DNA from: Pavona decussata
Taxonomy: Eukaryota
Length of the DNA: 64,000 bases
Assembly (NCBI GenBank): GCA_977016875.1
Contig: CDRNST010000066.1
Coordinates: forward strand, 744,001 to 808,000
Direction of reading: 5' to 3'
Shown: positions 49,451 to 63,900 of the stretch, one piece after another
How positions within the stretch are numbered: the stretch's first letter is position 1
Layout of the letters: every line of letters starts with the position of its first letter
The notes under the pieces: generated by a model
Database searches by the model: none
What the model saw: only the letters and a program-made list of their open reading frames with translations
What the model was told of the DNA's origin: nothing
Made by a program: the position numbers and the translations under genes

Positions 49451-52400
49451 TACAAAGCATTGAGGAAATTTTGTAATCAATCACAAATCACGCTACTTTG
49501 TTGTCACTATGTTATGAAAGAATTGGCTCATGCTTCAGCTGTACGCATATCATTCGTGTTATGGATACACTTGGGAAGTTTGGAGAGCACTCAAGATGCC
49601 AGAGTTGCTTCTTACGCAGTTCTCGTATTCTTCGAACTCCCTGCGTGCATCCATAACTCAATATACGCACGCTATTGTAAAAACTGTGAGCATTGTAATT
49701 ATTGTTAGTATAAGTAAAGTAAGAATTGTTAATACTGCAAGTATATAGTGAGTATTGTTAGCATATTGTAAGTATTGTAATTGTCGTTAAGTGGTGTAAG
49801 TGGTGTTTTTGATGCGTATTTTCTTAACTTCAGATTCTACCTTGTTTTTTATATATATTTCATGTAATAATAATAATTGGCTGTACGCGAGTTTATACCA
49901 GCAATACTTACGGTATAGCTGATTCATTTTTGCAGGGTAAATAAAGCTTTTACTTTTTACTTTAATTTACTTTAAGTAGTGTTTAGTATTGTATTCTGTG
50001 TAATGTAAGGCTAACAACAATTGCTAAAAATATATAAAATAAACGTTTGCCAGTTGCTTCAGTTATGATGCAGTATGATTGAAAGGAAACGTATTTTCGT
50101 GTTAGTGCGTAGAGACCCCGCTGAGTTTGACCTTTAAAATATTCTTCAAGTCACTGTCGGATGACATTTGTTGGGTATGTAGGCAATTGACAACGGGTGA
50201 GTAAGCTTGGATAGTTATCTGATATTTAAACTTTATCTATTCTAATTAATATTTTAACTGATATTGCTTGTTTTTAATACACTTCTTTTCAAGGGAAACG
50301 AGTAACAAAACGATGCGATATGCCTATTTTCATGATCATTGCAGAAAAACGAAGTACGTTTTGAATAATAGACATTATCCCTGAGTCTTCTCGCATTTAC
50401 CTGAATGCAAGATAGATAAACTGGCGTATTTTTTGCCGTTTCTTGGGCATTTCACTTCATCTAGACAGATTTCTTTCTTTTTATTTTAATATATGAATAA
50501 TGGATTTGTGTGCCTGGTTTTTTTTTGTGTGTGTGTGTTAGTGTGTGTGCGGTTTTGTTTTTTTGTTTTTTGTTTGTTTTTTTTTTACCTTTACAGTTCA
50601 ATGTTTCATAATATAAGCAGGGTTTTTTATATTACAAGTGTTTTATATAGTAATCTGTCTTTAAAATAATAGAGAGGACGTTGTTTGCTTTTCTTTCCTA
50701 TTTTATGTTGAAGAATTCGATTTTGGCACTGTTGAGACACCACAACCTATTCGTAGCACACCTCATTTTGAAATACTCCGGCTGAATCTCAACACCAATT
50801 AGTATTGTCAAGCACTTTTAACATGAACCTCTGTTCGGGAGAATGCGTAAACTTTCCCCGTGTTATTGACATTAGATAAATTACTCAATTACATACTAAA
50901 TTACTTACTTCGTCACTGTGCAGATTTGCAAATCTTTCCTGACATCTGGTGCATAAGATTGCTGTTATTAAGGTTCACCCTTGATATCCAATATCAGGTG
51001 CCATCTGTTCAGAAACATACAACTTGAATACTTTTCTTCCCCACAATTCTTCAGATAAGATACAGTATTAGCACAGTAACACAAAACCAGAACATTTAAG
51101 AAATCTACTTAAAAGGTTGTTTCCTGTGTGTACTCAGATCGTTTTGTGGTCTTTCAAAGTCATATTTGTGTAAGCAAATTCAGTTTGATCTCTTCAGATG
51201 CTTTACCTGAAAATTTAAGGCACGGAAAGTTTTAAGGAACGGAATCTTATTCCCTGGATTAACGACGGAGCTGTTTTTGGCTTTACGAAAATACAATACA
51301 ATACAGTACAATACAAACTTTAATGACACTCCCTGATTTGGGCTTTTCTGTGACAATAATAATTAATTTGCAACATTATACGTCAAAACGATAGTAAATC
51401 TAAAAGTTATAATGATGCAATGATTTATGCAATACGAGTAAAAATTAAGCTAAAGAATGGTCGCTAAAAATAACAAGATAACAACTTTATGTAAAAGCTA
51501 AGACAGACTAGAAAGGAAAGCGGCGAATAAGTTGGCTCGAAATTTACGCTTAAAAATAAGAACAGAGTTGCAGAGTTTAAAGGAATTGTCCAAACTGTGA
51601 AAATGCTAGCTATAGCTGACCTTTTTTGCGTTTTTAACAACATGATGCTCCTTCGAGAACGAAAGGAATCAGTTTTCCAGTAAGGAAACTTTGAGCTGTG
51701 GCCAATTTACGTTTAGTTATCAGGTCTGTTGACAAAACAAGCATTCGTTTATACTTCTTCTCTACTCCTGACCTACTCCTAACCTTCCTCTTCGCCCCCT
51801 GGTATTATATGAATAAAAATTAAAAGTATACAATACATGTGATGACAAATGTTTCTTTTTTCTTAACTCTTGACAATAGTATATAACAATGGTGTAATAA
51901 TTGTGAAATATTCTTAGAAATGTTTTACTTTTTTCATATATATGTTTGGTACGATTTGTGTTCATTGATTGAGTTTGTAGCTTGGACGGAATGCCACACT
52001 ACACGAAAAAAGTCTTTGTTTCCATTTCGTTGATCGATCGATAATGTCAACCCATTCCAGATCGATTTCGTGTTAGTGAAGCATGTGATGTTGGAACCTT
52101 TGATGTTGGGCCAATAATAAATTAAATCCGGTGTTGCTATGGCTTTCGCATGTTCTTTGACGCATATTTTTGGCGCGCGTGAGGTCTGACCATTGTAAAC
52201 ACTTAAGGCACTCTTTGCATTTAATTATATAATTAACTTCTTTGGAAGCCTCTCTACTATATCCGCTAATAACTTTCGTAACACTTCCTCCGCAAGGGGT
52301 CATCAATCCAACACAGAACGTGAAACAAGCACTAAGGATGCCAACCAACGAGTTTCAATAACTGTTATTATCCATTACGCCAGAGGGTTTTCAGAAAAAA

Positions 52401-53244
52401 AAGTTAAGGATGTTCTTAAGGGATTCATCTTCAAAGTCTTGCATAAATCCATCTCCATTGTAAAGAAACCTAAGGACAAAATAAGTGAAAAGGCTTCCAA
52501 AGAGTGTCCTCACGTGCTAAAAGCATGCGTCAAAGAACACGCCAAAATCATAGCAACTGAGTTGAATAAAACATGCTTTAACAACGCGAAATCGATCTGG
52601 AATGTGTTGAAATTATCCACCAATCAGCTTAATAGAAACAAAGACTTTTCTTGAAGCGTGACATTCTGTCCGAGAACAAACTCTAGAAATGAACATATAT
52701 CGTTCCCAAACAAATAATCCAGGATTTCCAAAAAACACGTGACAATTGTAATACTATTGTTACATTCTGTCGTCAAGAGTTTTAAAAATCGTTCATCATC
52801 ACATTTATTTTGTATTTTAAATTTTATTCACATAACACCAGGGACGCTCCGGTATTCATTTACATTCTTAACTGAAGCTGGTGTCAACTTTAACCTTTCG
52901 ATGATATGATATTTAATATATAACATACTTGTCTTACTTTATTTTGCTTTTAAACAATATCTCAGTATCCTTGATAGCCACTTTCGGGCGGATTTTCATA
53001 GGTCATTCTTTAGTTATACATAATAAGAATTGTCTATTTTAGAAGTGAGAATCTGGTCTGATGCTATGTAATATCCGCTTTTTTTCTTTCATTTTGGAAT
53101 TTTATACAATATCGACAAATGCCCCCCTTTCGACCGTAGTAAGAAATAAAAGAAAGCATACTCCCATTATCCATGATTTTTTTTTTCAAATCCTAGCGGT
53201 AGGCAAGACTTTTGTCACATGAACCTATTTCAATGGCGTTAGCT

Positions 53245-53375
53245 TCTACGAGTCTCCTGTAGCTAAGTGGTAGAAATAATCGGAAGGTCAAAGGTTCGAC
53301 TCCTGTTGGGAGAACTCGAATTTCCTTTTTCCGAGTATGCCAGTGTTAGTGGATGGATAAATAATACAACACTCT
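53245..53375 (+). mobile_element. tRNA-derived SINE fragment
   Basis: gagtctcctgtagctaagtggtaga...ggttcgactcctg; reverse complement of the 27508 family. Confidence 0.7.
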
Positions 53376-53597
53376 CAAAAATCAATTTGTTTCATTATAG
53401 CATTAAAACTTTAAAGTGATACATCGATATTATGCAGTGTCGACGGCAGAGTTTCAAGGCCAAAAGACTGCAACGTTTCTCCACTTCGTTTGTGAGGCAC
53501 ACACCTAAATGGCTGGTATTCAGATCCTCTCAGTACCACATCTGATATTATAATGAATACGCTTTGAATCTCTAACCCACCCACCCCCCCTCCCTAC

Positions 53598-53634
<37 letters not shown>

Positions 53635-54368
53635 CCCACCCATGAACCCCAAAAATTGAGAACATTGAACTTTTCCCAAGCAACTATCAGTTGTGCATCA
53701 AAACATGTTTGCGAGAAACATAAACACAGACACAGTGGCGTCAGATTACAGGTCGTTGCTTAGCGCCGAAAACAGAGACAAAAAGATTTTGCTTTCGTAT
53801 GTTTAAAAATTGTTTTTTACTACTAGCTGAGATTATTTATATTATTCCATCTTGAAAGAAAAATTAAAATTACCAATGGAAGTGACACATGCTTGAAACA
53901 AGGATGAAAAAATTATTGAAGGGGGTCATAGCAGGCCATCGCAGCTTAATGTACGCAGTCGAAACAGCTGCCAACAAAGAGCAAGAAAAAATTCGGTTTG
54001 AGTGGAATTGGAACCTCTGCGATACCTATACATCGATCTACCAACTGAGCTATCAAGGCAACGAGTACCTGATCATGACCTCGCAGCAGGTTTGATAGCT
54101 CAATTGGTAGAGTATTACATCCGTATCATAGAGGTCATGGGTTTGAATGCCCTTAATGGCCCTAACACTACCCTTAATCCTAAATCTCGAGAGGTAGAAA
54201 GAGTTTGTTGGAAAATTGCAAGTGAGTTTGTCGGAGGAACGCGAGTGGTTTTAAAAATTGCATAAATAGCTGCATAGTCTCACGTTTGTTAGTAGTTAAC
54301 AAAATGAAAAAAATAGTTGTACATGTGATATCTGCGCCAAAGCACATGCGAGTACCCATAATATAAAT

Positions 54369-54607
54369 GGGAATTTCAGTGGAATCCACAGAGTGGCTCT
54401 TCTCTCCAATGTTTCCAGGTTGAATTGAAATTTGGAAATGTTGGTTTTTATGGAGGGAGGAAAACCGGAGTAACCGGAGAAAAACCCTCGGAGTAGGGAC
54501 GAGAACCAACAACAAACTCAACCCACATATGACGTCGAGACCGGGAATCGAACCCGAGCAAAATTGGTGGGAGGCGAGTGCTCCTACCAACTACGTCATC
54601 CCTTCTC
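54369..54607 (-). mobile_element. Full-length tRNA-derived SINE with 14-bp TSD
   Basis: TSD cccataatataaat at 54355-54368 and 54608-54621. Reverse strand has a tRNA-like head (gggttcgattcccgg) and body tgtgggttgagtttgttg..ggtttttctccgg.tactccggttttcctcc. Confidence 0.85.
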
Positions 54608-55626
54608 CCCATAATATAAATTGGTTGAGTGTAAGCCCGTGTTTCACAGAATGATCTCAGCAAATTTTTGTAATTAGTTACTTACTTAGACCTTAAAAAG
54701 TCTAAAAAATATCAAGCGAATTCTAAAAAAGTGGTTGAAAATAGTCTTCCGTCCGGTATCGTGATATCGGCGTATGTGCAATGAAACAAACATACAATAT
54801 AATTGTTGGAGCTGGTCGACAACTTTGCTAAGAAAACAAACGTAAGTTATATTTGAGGTCAAAAACGCTTTAAAGACTGTATATAAGGATGCTTGGTCAG
54901 TATCTTTTTAGTGAAGGCAAGTTCTCCGTGAACAAGTTGCTTCTCCCTTAATCAAGTGTTCCAGAGCTGACTTTCTCCCAACACCCAAAGATTCAAGACT
55001 TGGAGAAGGTATTTAACTTTCCGTTATATCTTTTTTGTGTGTGTGAATTAGATGTATTAGGTGTAAATGCACAAAGATTAAAATTCAAATGTCGTTATAC
55101 GGCAAATTTCAAGTTAATGGTAAACGAGAAAAGTCTAAGTCAAAACTTAGGGGCAAAAATCTTTTTGAAGGGTTTTTTTTATTGATTAGTAATTAAACTC
55201 GAATCAAATTTCTCTAACTTATTTAGCTTAATGAAGTTTTTTTTTTCCCTAAAAGATTGCTGTTGGATTTTCATGTGCTGTACGCATGATGTAAGCCTTT
55301 AACAGGTTTTATCTAAAGACTATGTGTTGAAATGGAAAGATTTGTGAGTTAGACCTGATTCCTTACGTTTTAAAAATCGCAAATATTTACAATTGCAATT
55401 ACAATGATTATTTAGATAGCGCTAGCGCCAAAATCCAAAAGTTCTTTCCAAAAGTGAGAAAAATTCGTTATAAAATCAAGGATGTTAAAAATATGTACAA
55501 AAAAATGTGAAAATTAACTAGATATTAACTAAAAGTTGGTTTAAAAGGAAACGTTTTTAAAATATCAACTGAAGTATATTTCCTTCTTTCAATGGATTAA
55601 GAGTTCCATAATCTAGGAGAACAGTA

Positions 55627-55862
55627 AAGGCCCGTTTAAACGGTTTCAACATTTGGCTCAACATGCGTTCAACACAATTGTTGAACCAAGTGTCGGGGGC
55701 GTTTGAACAGGTCGTGAACATTGATGAAAGTGTAAAAAATGTTGAAAGCTTGTTGAAAGTGTGTTGAATCAAATATAAATTGGTTTAAACTTTCATTCAA
55801 CATCGATTTAACATTTTCGTTGTTCTTGAAAATGTTGAATGCCGTTGAAACCGTTTAAACAC
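55627..55862. mobile_element. MITE-like element with ttcaac/gttgaa subrepeats (possibly Harbinger-type)
   Basis: Inverted match gtttaaacggtttcaac (~55633) / gttgaaaccgtttaaac (~55844-55860); start taaaggccc. Confidence 0.5.
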
Positions 55863-56492
55863 TCCGTAATAGAACTCTGTCTCCACAACCCTACAGTCAT
55901 TAGACAAAGGAGTAACTAATACCTTTTGTAGAAGAAGATCTAAGGTTGCGTACAGCGGTGTAAATTTAGAGTAGGCCTTGTATAAAAACAGGTGCTAAGT
56001 TATGAAGAGCTTTATAATTAAAGAGTCATTGAAAAAAAAAATACTTTGATCAATGGGAGCCGATGAAGATATCTTAGTTTGGACGAAACATCATCTATGA
56101 TATATCAGCAAATGATACCAATATTATAAACCATGAAATGTTTTTACAAAGATTGGCTAGAAGCCTTCCTGAAATAAGTTAAGATGTATTCTAAACATTG
56201 TTTCTAATATAAAGAACAGCCTTTTGTTAGTCGACATCTCAGCCCCACAAAAAGAACCTCTAGCTAAATTTCAGTTTGTGTAAATTGACTAAGAACCTTA
56301 GTATTTTCTTTCGTTTGTTACGTGAAAAATAGGACAGAATTATTAATGCTATAAATATGTTATATATCAGTTATACTTTTACGTTATCAAAATAGCTGTT
56401 TAGTTATTGATTTTGTACTAACTATATGTATACCCTAAAGGATAACAACAGTACACACTCGACTGCGATTTACAACGTGTTAAGGAACCAGC

Positions 56493-58374
56493 ATGAAGTT
56501 GCTTTCTTTTCTGCTGTTGGCGAGAACAGTGCTCAGTGCACCAGTGAATCCTGATGGTAAGAATTGCTGTTCTTTAAAAAACAAATTGCCTTGATTTGCT
56601 ATTCCGGCAATAAAATAAATGTCGCGTCTCAATTTTCACGCCATTTAAACTCGCAGATTTTTAACCCTATTTCTGTTTACTGAAAGATCAGATGTCATCC
56701 TCCTTCGTCTTTTTCTTCTTCCTCTTCCGTTCTTCTTGACCTTCTTCATCATCATCAACATCATCATCATTGTCTTCTTCTTTTTCTCCTTATTCTACTT
56801 CTTTCTCTTCTCTCTATTTTTCGTTGGTAATGAAAAAACCCAAAAAACCTCACTTTGCCACCAAGACTATCCCTTTTAAAGCTCAGTAAAAAAAAAATCC
56901 GAATATTTTTCCAAGGTGAGTTCATGCATTTTAATCCAAAACAATTTGTTTCTCTCTATAAATATTTTTTCGGTTAGCAATTTTAAGCCAGCTTGTCAAT
57001 CTGACATTTATCTCTAAGATTGCTGAAACGGCAGATCTCTCTCAATTACTTCCACGTTGTGAACGTAATGCTCCTTTACCCAAATTCCAGTCAGGATTCC
57101 GAAAATTCCACTCCACTGAAACTGCCTTGCTTTAGATTCAAAGCGATATTCTCATGTCCATTGACAATCAGGAATTACGATTCTAGTGGTACTCGATTTG
57201 GGCGCGGCTTTTCACACAATTGTCATCAATTTCTCCTTAGTGTACTTGGAAAGGATTTTAGAATCATTGGTTCAGCCCTTACCTGGTTCGCATCTTATCT
57301 GGCGGAGAGAAAGCAACGGGTTCTCATCAATGATAGTTCTTCTGATGAATTTCAATTACATTGCGGTGTCCCACAAGGCAGCTGTATGGGTCCTGTTTTG
57401 TTCATATTATACGTTTCGTGGCTCTATCACGTAATTGCTAACCCCCTTCCCTCAGCTTATGGATATGCCGATGACACGCAACTCTATCTCTCGTTCAGAC
57501 CCGATAGCGGTTCTTCAAAAGACCTAGTCCTAGCTGCTATTGATTCCTGCGTTTCTGATGTCCATGCGTGGCTACTTTATAATCGACTGATAATAAACGA
57601 TTCGAAAACTTAATTTCTAAATTAATTTCATCTTTGTTGCTGAATTACCATTCAGCCTCTCCATAGTGTTCGTAATTTGGGTTCCTGGTTCGATTCTAAC
57701 ATGTCCTCGTCGATTCACGTTGCCAAGACAATTTGTAGCAAGGCCTTCACTGGGTTGTATAAAATCCGCCAATGAAATTAGAAAATTCCTCAATCCTGAG
57801 TCGACGAAAACTATTATTCATGCATTAGTAAATTCACATTTGGACTGTTGCAACTCTCCTCTCTTTGGCATTCCTAAATATCAAACTGAACGTCTTCAGA
57901 AAGTGTTTAACGCAGCTGCTCGATAAATTTTTGGTATACCTAAATTTGATCATATTTCGTCTGCCTTATGCCACCTACATTGGCTTCCAGTTGTTTATCG
58001 TGTTCAGTTTAAACTCCTGCCTTAATCTATAAAGCTGTTAACGATCAAGCTCCACAATGCAAAAAGAACTGCTGTTCCCCCATTCCATTTCAGCCTATCG
58101 CCTACGCTCTTGTGACCAGGGACTTCTTTTTGTGCCGAAAACTAATCACAAGACCTTTGCATGGTGATCAGGCCTTTGCGCATTCTGGGCCATTACTTTG
58201 GAACAAACTCCATCTCGATATACGATCCAGTCCGAATGTTTCTATTTTAAAATCAAAGTTAAAAACATACCTTTTTAAGTAAGCATACTGTTTATTATGA
58301 TAATTTTCACATCACTCCGCTTTGTTATATTGATTTCTATTATATACTGTAGAACGCTTTAGAATATTTTCCAA

Positions 58375-58462
<88 letters not shown>

Positions 58463-60978
58463 GAGTTAGTTGCTACAAAGAAGGGCGAAAGCTTTGCGAC
58501 TTCTATGTCATGGATCAGGGCAGGGGTGTCCTTTGCGTTGCTGAGATCAGCATTACTATGCTTGAGAGGTTCGCGAGCTACAAGGAGGATCCATCTAGAA
58601 TTGACGGACATTCACTTTGACATCGAGCAAGGACAAGCAAATATTCGTTAAAAACATTGAGGACATAATTTTATTTTTTAGTTTTTCTTATTTTCTTGGT
58701 AGCCTTCCATTTGTTGTTTGGTTTTATTTTTTTTTTTTTTTGAAGATTTTTAACTTTGTATATATTATTTATCGATCAACGTCTTCGAATGAGTTTTGGA
58801 TTTTTTATTACTATTATCATTAAGTTTTTGTATGGATATTCTTAGCATGAACTGCAGAATTATGAAGCGTTTTTTTTTTTTTCGATACCGATATTTTTAT
58901 CACCTTTCTGTATTTGTTGTTTGTTTTTCTGCTAATAAAGTATNNNNNNNNNNNNNNNNNNNNNNNNNNNNNNNNNNNNNNNNNNNNNNNNNNNNNNNNN
59001 NNNNNNNNNNNNNNNNNNNNNNNNNNNNNNNNNNNNNNNNNNNNNNNNNNNNNNNNNNNNNNNNNNNNNNNNNNNNNNNATATTTGTGTGGTAAAGTTGT
59101 TATGTATGCTACTTAATTTGCAGAAAATCGGGGAATCGATGATCCTGACCTTTTTGAGGGAGACATGATCCTTACACCGGAACAACGAGGTTATGCCGAG
59201 ATGGGATTGGATGTCCATACCCCAAACCGACAAAGCGCATCGATTAAGTCTGGACTTGTGGTCTACGAAATCGAACGAGCTCTTGGTAAGGTCTTGACAG
59301 GCATAAACAACATCAATAAATTTATCAATCAGTCAATTGTAACAGATCATGGGAAAGAGAGACGGGCAGACACAGATGCAAATGAAGTCACTGCCTGCTG
59401 TGATCATCACGTCTGATTAGGATCCGTAGTCCAAGAGCTTATGACACTTATATATCGACTTTTTTTTTCGAATTATTTTCTCATTAAACTAGAAATGTTC
59501 CATAGAAAATCCGACAATAAACATTCAAAGTGACGCTAGGATTTTGTTATGAGCCCGATGGCTAAAGTTTGGCCCAACGGTTATTGCCGGGAAAAATCTA
59601 GGAATGGCGGACATCGATCTCACGAACCATTTGTCCGAGATGTAACAGGTTAACGGAAAGTGGATTATCCTTTTTTAGTTCAGGCTGTTCAAATGTCGAA
59701 TAGACTTCCCTTTGAGATATTTTTTTAAAGGAACAGTCATTGTTATCGCGGGATTCGAACACATGATGGTACTTCAGTACAAGCTTTCCACGTTCCAAGT
59801 TGTTCATGATTGTTCGAAACTTTCCTCTGCCGAACAGCGCAAAATTATGAACAAGTTGCCATCAAAACTATCCCAAAATCTCGATCCACCGATCGTCCGA
59901 CCCTCCAATCTTTCCTAGCCCAAGTCTAACTCCCTAACCACTAGCGGACGTTTTGTGCCCACGGAAACTAATAAATCACTGCAATTTTAATCTGTTCTCC
60001 AGCTCAAAATCCCAGTGGAATGGCCGCTGTAATGGCAGGAATGGACGAATGGAAAACGAAAACATGTATAACCTTTAAAAAGAGGACAACAGAAGCAGAT
60101 TACGTCTACTTCAAGCAAGGCACGGGGTAAGAGAAGTTTTGAAACAATTAAAATATGTGGATACGCACCTTAACAAAGCTAGCGCTTCTTCGATTTGGTC
60201 TTCTGAGATGTTTGGTATGAAGGATGTTTGTGTTAAATGCTTTGAGAAAACAGAGTGCTCGCTTGTTCAGACTTAATAATAATTGTATCTTGCATAGAAA
60301 AATTAATTCTACTCTTTCTTTGGCAGCTGTAGATCAAACGTGGGAAAAACAGGGGGACGACAGGACATCATTCTTATGGGTCCGGGATGCTGGACTAGGG
60401 GAATTGTTGCTCATGAAATAGGTAAGTTTTCCGTTTAATTAGCCTTTCCGGGTCCTACGATGTCTTGCTATTTAATGGCCATGACAACGACAAAGACCAA
60501 ATGATGGATCAGAGAATTAAATTAACTCTGCAGAGTTAATTCTCTAATCCATCATTTGTGTCCTTAGTGCTGGTGGCACAACATTCATTTGTACTCTTCA
60601 CATTCACATTGCCGCAATTACCACCATCAGTCACTGACAACTTGCTTCCGTCTGACCTCGTACTGGGAGCAACGGACGATCAAATCTAGAGGTTGTGGAT
60701 TTGAATCCTGCTGTGGTCGGAGATTTTTTCTTTGCCTCGTGCGATCTCCGATTTTCTTACTAGGGTTAACGTTCAGTGGGAAATTCATGGATTCTCGTTA
60801 GCACTTTAACATACACTGCAGAATTAATTCTCTGTTCCACCATAAATGTCCTATACATAGTTATTATTACTGATAAAATCCTTTCTTTTTGCAGGGCATG
60901 CTATCGGTTTTTTCCATGAACAGTCCCGTCCGGACAGAGATGACTATGTTGTTATATTGATTAAAAACGTAGAACCAG
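56493..60978 (+). CDS. Astacin-family metalloprotease gene C, exons 1-5 (3' part not in window)
   Basis: Exons 56493-56556 ([21 protein letters not shown]), 59124-59285 ([12 protein letters not shown]..), 60003-60126 (..[10 protein letters not shown]..), 60327-60421 ([20 protein letters not shown]), 60895-60978 ([16 protein letters not shown]). Same intron positions and phases as gene B. Confidence 0.9.
57015..58462 (+). mobile_element. 5'-truncated L2/CR1-type LINE with (ATT)n tail in intron 1 of gene C
   Basis: [76 protein letters not shown]; frameshifted; ends in (ATT)n. Confidence 0.9.
58944..59079. other. Assembly gap (N run)
   Basis: Run of N. Confidence 1.
60498..60845 (+). mobile_element. 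Degenerate tRNA-SINE-like repeat in intron 4 of gene C
   Basis: Decayed B-box (ggatttgaatcc). gcaga.ttaattctct occurs at both ends (~60530 and ~60818), and the left end forms a palindrome. Confidence 0.45.
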
Positions 60979-63900
60979 GTGAATTTACGTTAATAGTCCA
61001 TCCATCTATCTATAGCTCGACCTTCTGTAACGGTTTCAGTCACAGATGCTATCCAGCAAATGATACACTTGTTCAATGCAATTTCCCACTAGAGAATATG
61101 TTGCCCAGTTTCCGGCCACTTTGGTTTGAAATCGCTATAACTTTTTGTTTTGAACGGAAAATTTCAGTTTCCTCACAACGACAGTTGATTTATCTTCCTT
61201 TAAAATGCTGAAAGGTGGACGGCATTTGCTAAATATTAAAGAAACTATACCATTTTTCGCAAAACGATTAAGAAGCCCAGTTTCCGAAATAGATAAATTT
61301 TCCTTGAAATCACTCGACGTAAATCGACTTGATAGCCCCTTGATAATAGTAGTCGCGTTTGGTTTTCAATTCACTATTGAGGTATGCTTTCTCATTTGCC
61401 GTTTTTCTCAGTAATTAAGGTATGTATGACCTTTTGACTTTTACGTCGTATGTCGATAGACTACACAAACACGGATCACTTATATACTTTTATTCACGCA
61501 AAACATGCATTAGCTCTTGTTAATTCGTAACCTTTGTTACATCTACACATATATCATTAATTCATTAATTTTTCTAGCAGGAAATTTTAAAATTCAGTTC
61601 TTTCACTTTAATAAAGATAACAAGGTTTTGAGCAATGTGTTTTTTCGTGGCCGGAAACTGGGACATAAGGTCAAAATCTTAGCCGAGAGTGTGACTGCTA
61701 AATATTCAGGAGTTGCTACATTCTATCTGATAATGATAGACTATCTAATCATTTAATCATCTTTAACCGACTATTTGTCCAACAATTATGAAGCTTCTTT
61801 AGATATTTTCTGTGAACGACCTTTTCGTTTATCTACGGTAGTTTTGATGTGCAGCGAAAAGAGCAAAAGTTATGGTTACCGTGTACCTTCGATTTCAGGG
61901 GTGGCTTCAGTTAAACGGATATAGCGCCTCTCAGTTACATCACAGATACCCAAAACCCTATATCAAATTAAAGCTTATAGAACTGGGAATTCAAATATTT
62001 CACTGCTTTTTCAAGAAAGTAAATTCCCAGGTTTTCCGTAAAGTCGGAACTTGAAGGTCCAGGTCATCGTTCAAGAGTTCCAACTCAATGCGATTTTTAT
62101 ATTTTGGAAGTTTGTTTTTTTTCTCTAGGTCAGGATCCCAAAAGCTTAAAAAACGTGTCGGGGTTGAAATGGCTTTCAAGGAAAGAATTTTTAGAATTAT
62201 CACATTCCCCGACACGTTTTTGTTGGTTATATATTTTTCTAGCACCTGGCCAAATTTTACTGAAATCGGCCAAATCATTGTTGAGTTGAAAGTGTCCCCT
62301 GCAAGCGAAAATTAAAATTTCAATTGAGAAAACAGCGCTTGAAAAAATATTCTCGCTACACAAACAAGTACCGCCCCATAACGCCTTTATGGAAAGTTAG
62401 CCAATCATTTTCCAAGCTACTTTTTCTTCCGGTCACCTCCTGTGAAAATTTTTTTCGCAGTTTTGCACGTACTCGCATTCCAGAGTAATCAACTCCTTCA
62501 CCATTTTGTTGGGTATCTGCGGTGTTTGTTGTACGCGCACGTCGATTTCGTAATCTGCATTGTTATGGGAAAAAACGAAATGGGGACTGAAGCCGACCTC
62601 ATCAAGCAAAGCTGTTGAGCCGAAGCAGAAGCGGCTGAGGAGGGTAAAATTATCAGCGCTACGGAGTTATCGGGGAACCACCGTAACCGCATGTATTGTC
62701 TCAGTCAAAACGAAAATTCTTGCTGCTCTACAGTCGTAAAAGCCGGAGAATAAATCTATTCGAGCGAAATATTGTTAAGGATAGCGAAGTTTCGAAATTG
62801 CTTATCGAAAGTTCGGGTGAAAATTCGCTCTTGAATGAACGTCCCAAATTGTTAATGCTACAAACAGGAAACAAGTATCCGTTTGACGCTTGAAAGAAAA
62901 CGTTTAAACGGAACCGTTTAAAAGAGCTGACTCCGTTTAACGCTTAGGAAATTAGCGCAATACAGTAAGTCTTTGTGAAAACGCTACAAGCAAAAGCGGC
63001 GGCTTTCCTTTTACTAGTTATCTATCTTATAGCGACGGGTGACGTGAGAAAAGATCAAGACATAAAGATATGATTCTTAGCGTCATTTTTTCAATTGCTT
63101 TTTTGTTTTGTTTCCGCTTCCCGAGACTTGTAAGTTTTACGTACCCGAACACAAGTGATCTGATAACGTTAAGCCGCAAATAAAAAAAGGAAGCTCGTGA
63201 AGCGCGATTCACGGACTCGCGAATTGAAACATTAACAAGCCCGTCTCCAAATATTCGCTTCGCTGGAAGATTTTAACACCTTTACCTACTTTAAAGTGTA
63301 GCTTAAAGCTTTTGTCTTCTTTTATGTCAGTGTCGTACTCGAACAAACGCAAGTTCTTCCACTAAATACAGGATACTCGAAGTGCGAGAACGTGAGGGAT
63401 TCAAGACTATAGAAAGACCCTTCGCGCAAATATCGCAACGGGTGGTTACACCGGCAGCAATATGCTGTCAATCAAAGTAAAATTTGACTTCCGTTGGAAA
63501 TCGTTTACGTCCCAATTTCTCGGCAAATACTCACTCTTTTTCGAAAATTCTTTTTTTGTTTGTAAGAAATTACTGGGAAGTTTCTTTTTAACTACAAAAA
63601 ATGAAAATCCAAAAATTTTCTCTCTGAAGGTACAAAGTAACTTTAATCGCTAAGCGCTTATTCACCTGAACAAAACTCCTTCTTCCTCGGCCGTTTCTTC
63701 TTCAAAATGAACGCCAAAACCATTAACCTACGGCCGAAATGTTTGTATTTCTTTTGGAATGCTTCGGTGGACGAAACTTTACAACTCCGACGAACATAAC
63801 GGAAGTAATTAATTTTTGGCCGGAAATTGGTACAGGCCGGAAAGTGGACTAGAAACTGTAGCTCTCCCAGTGAGAATGACATTTATAATACAAAAAAAGG

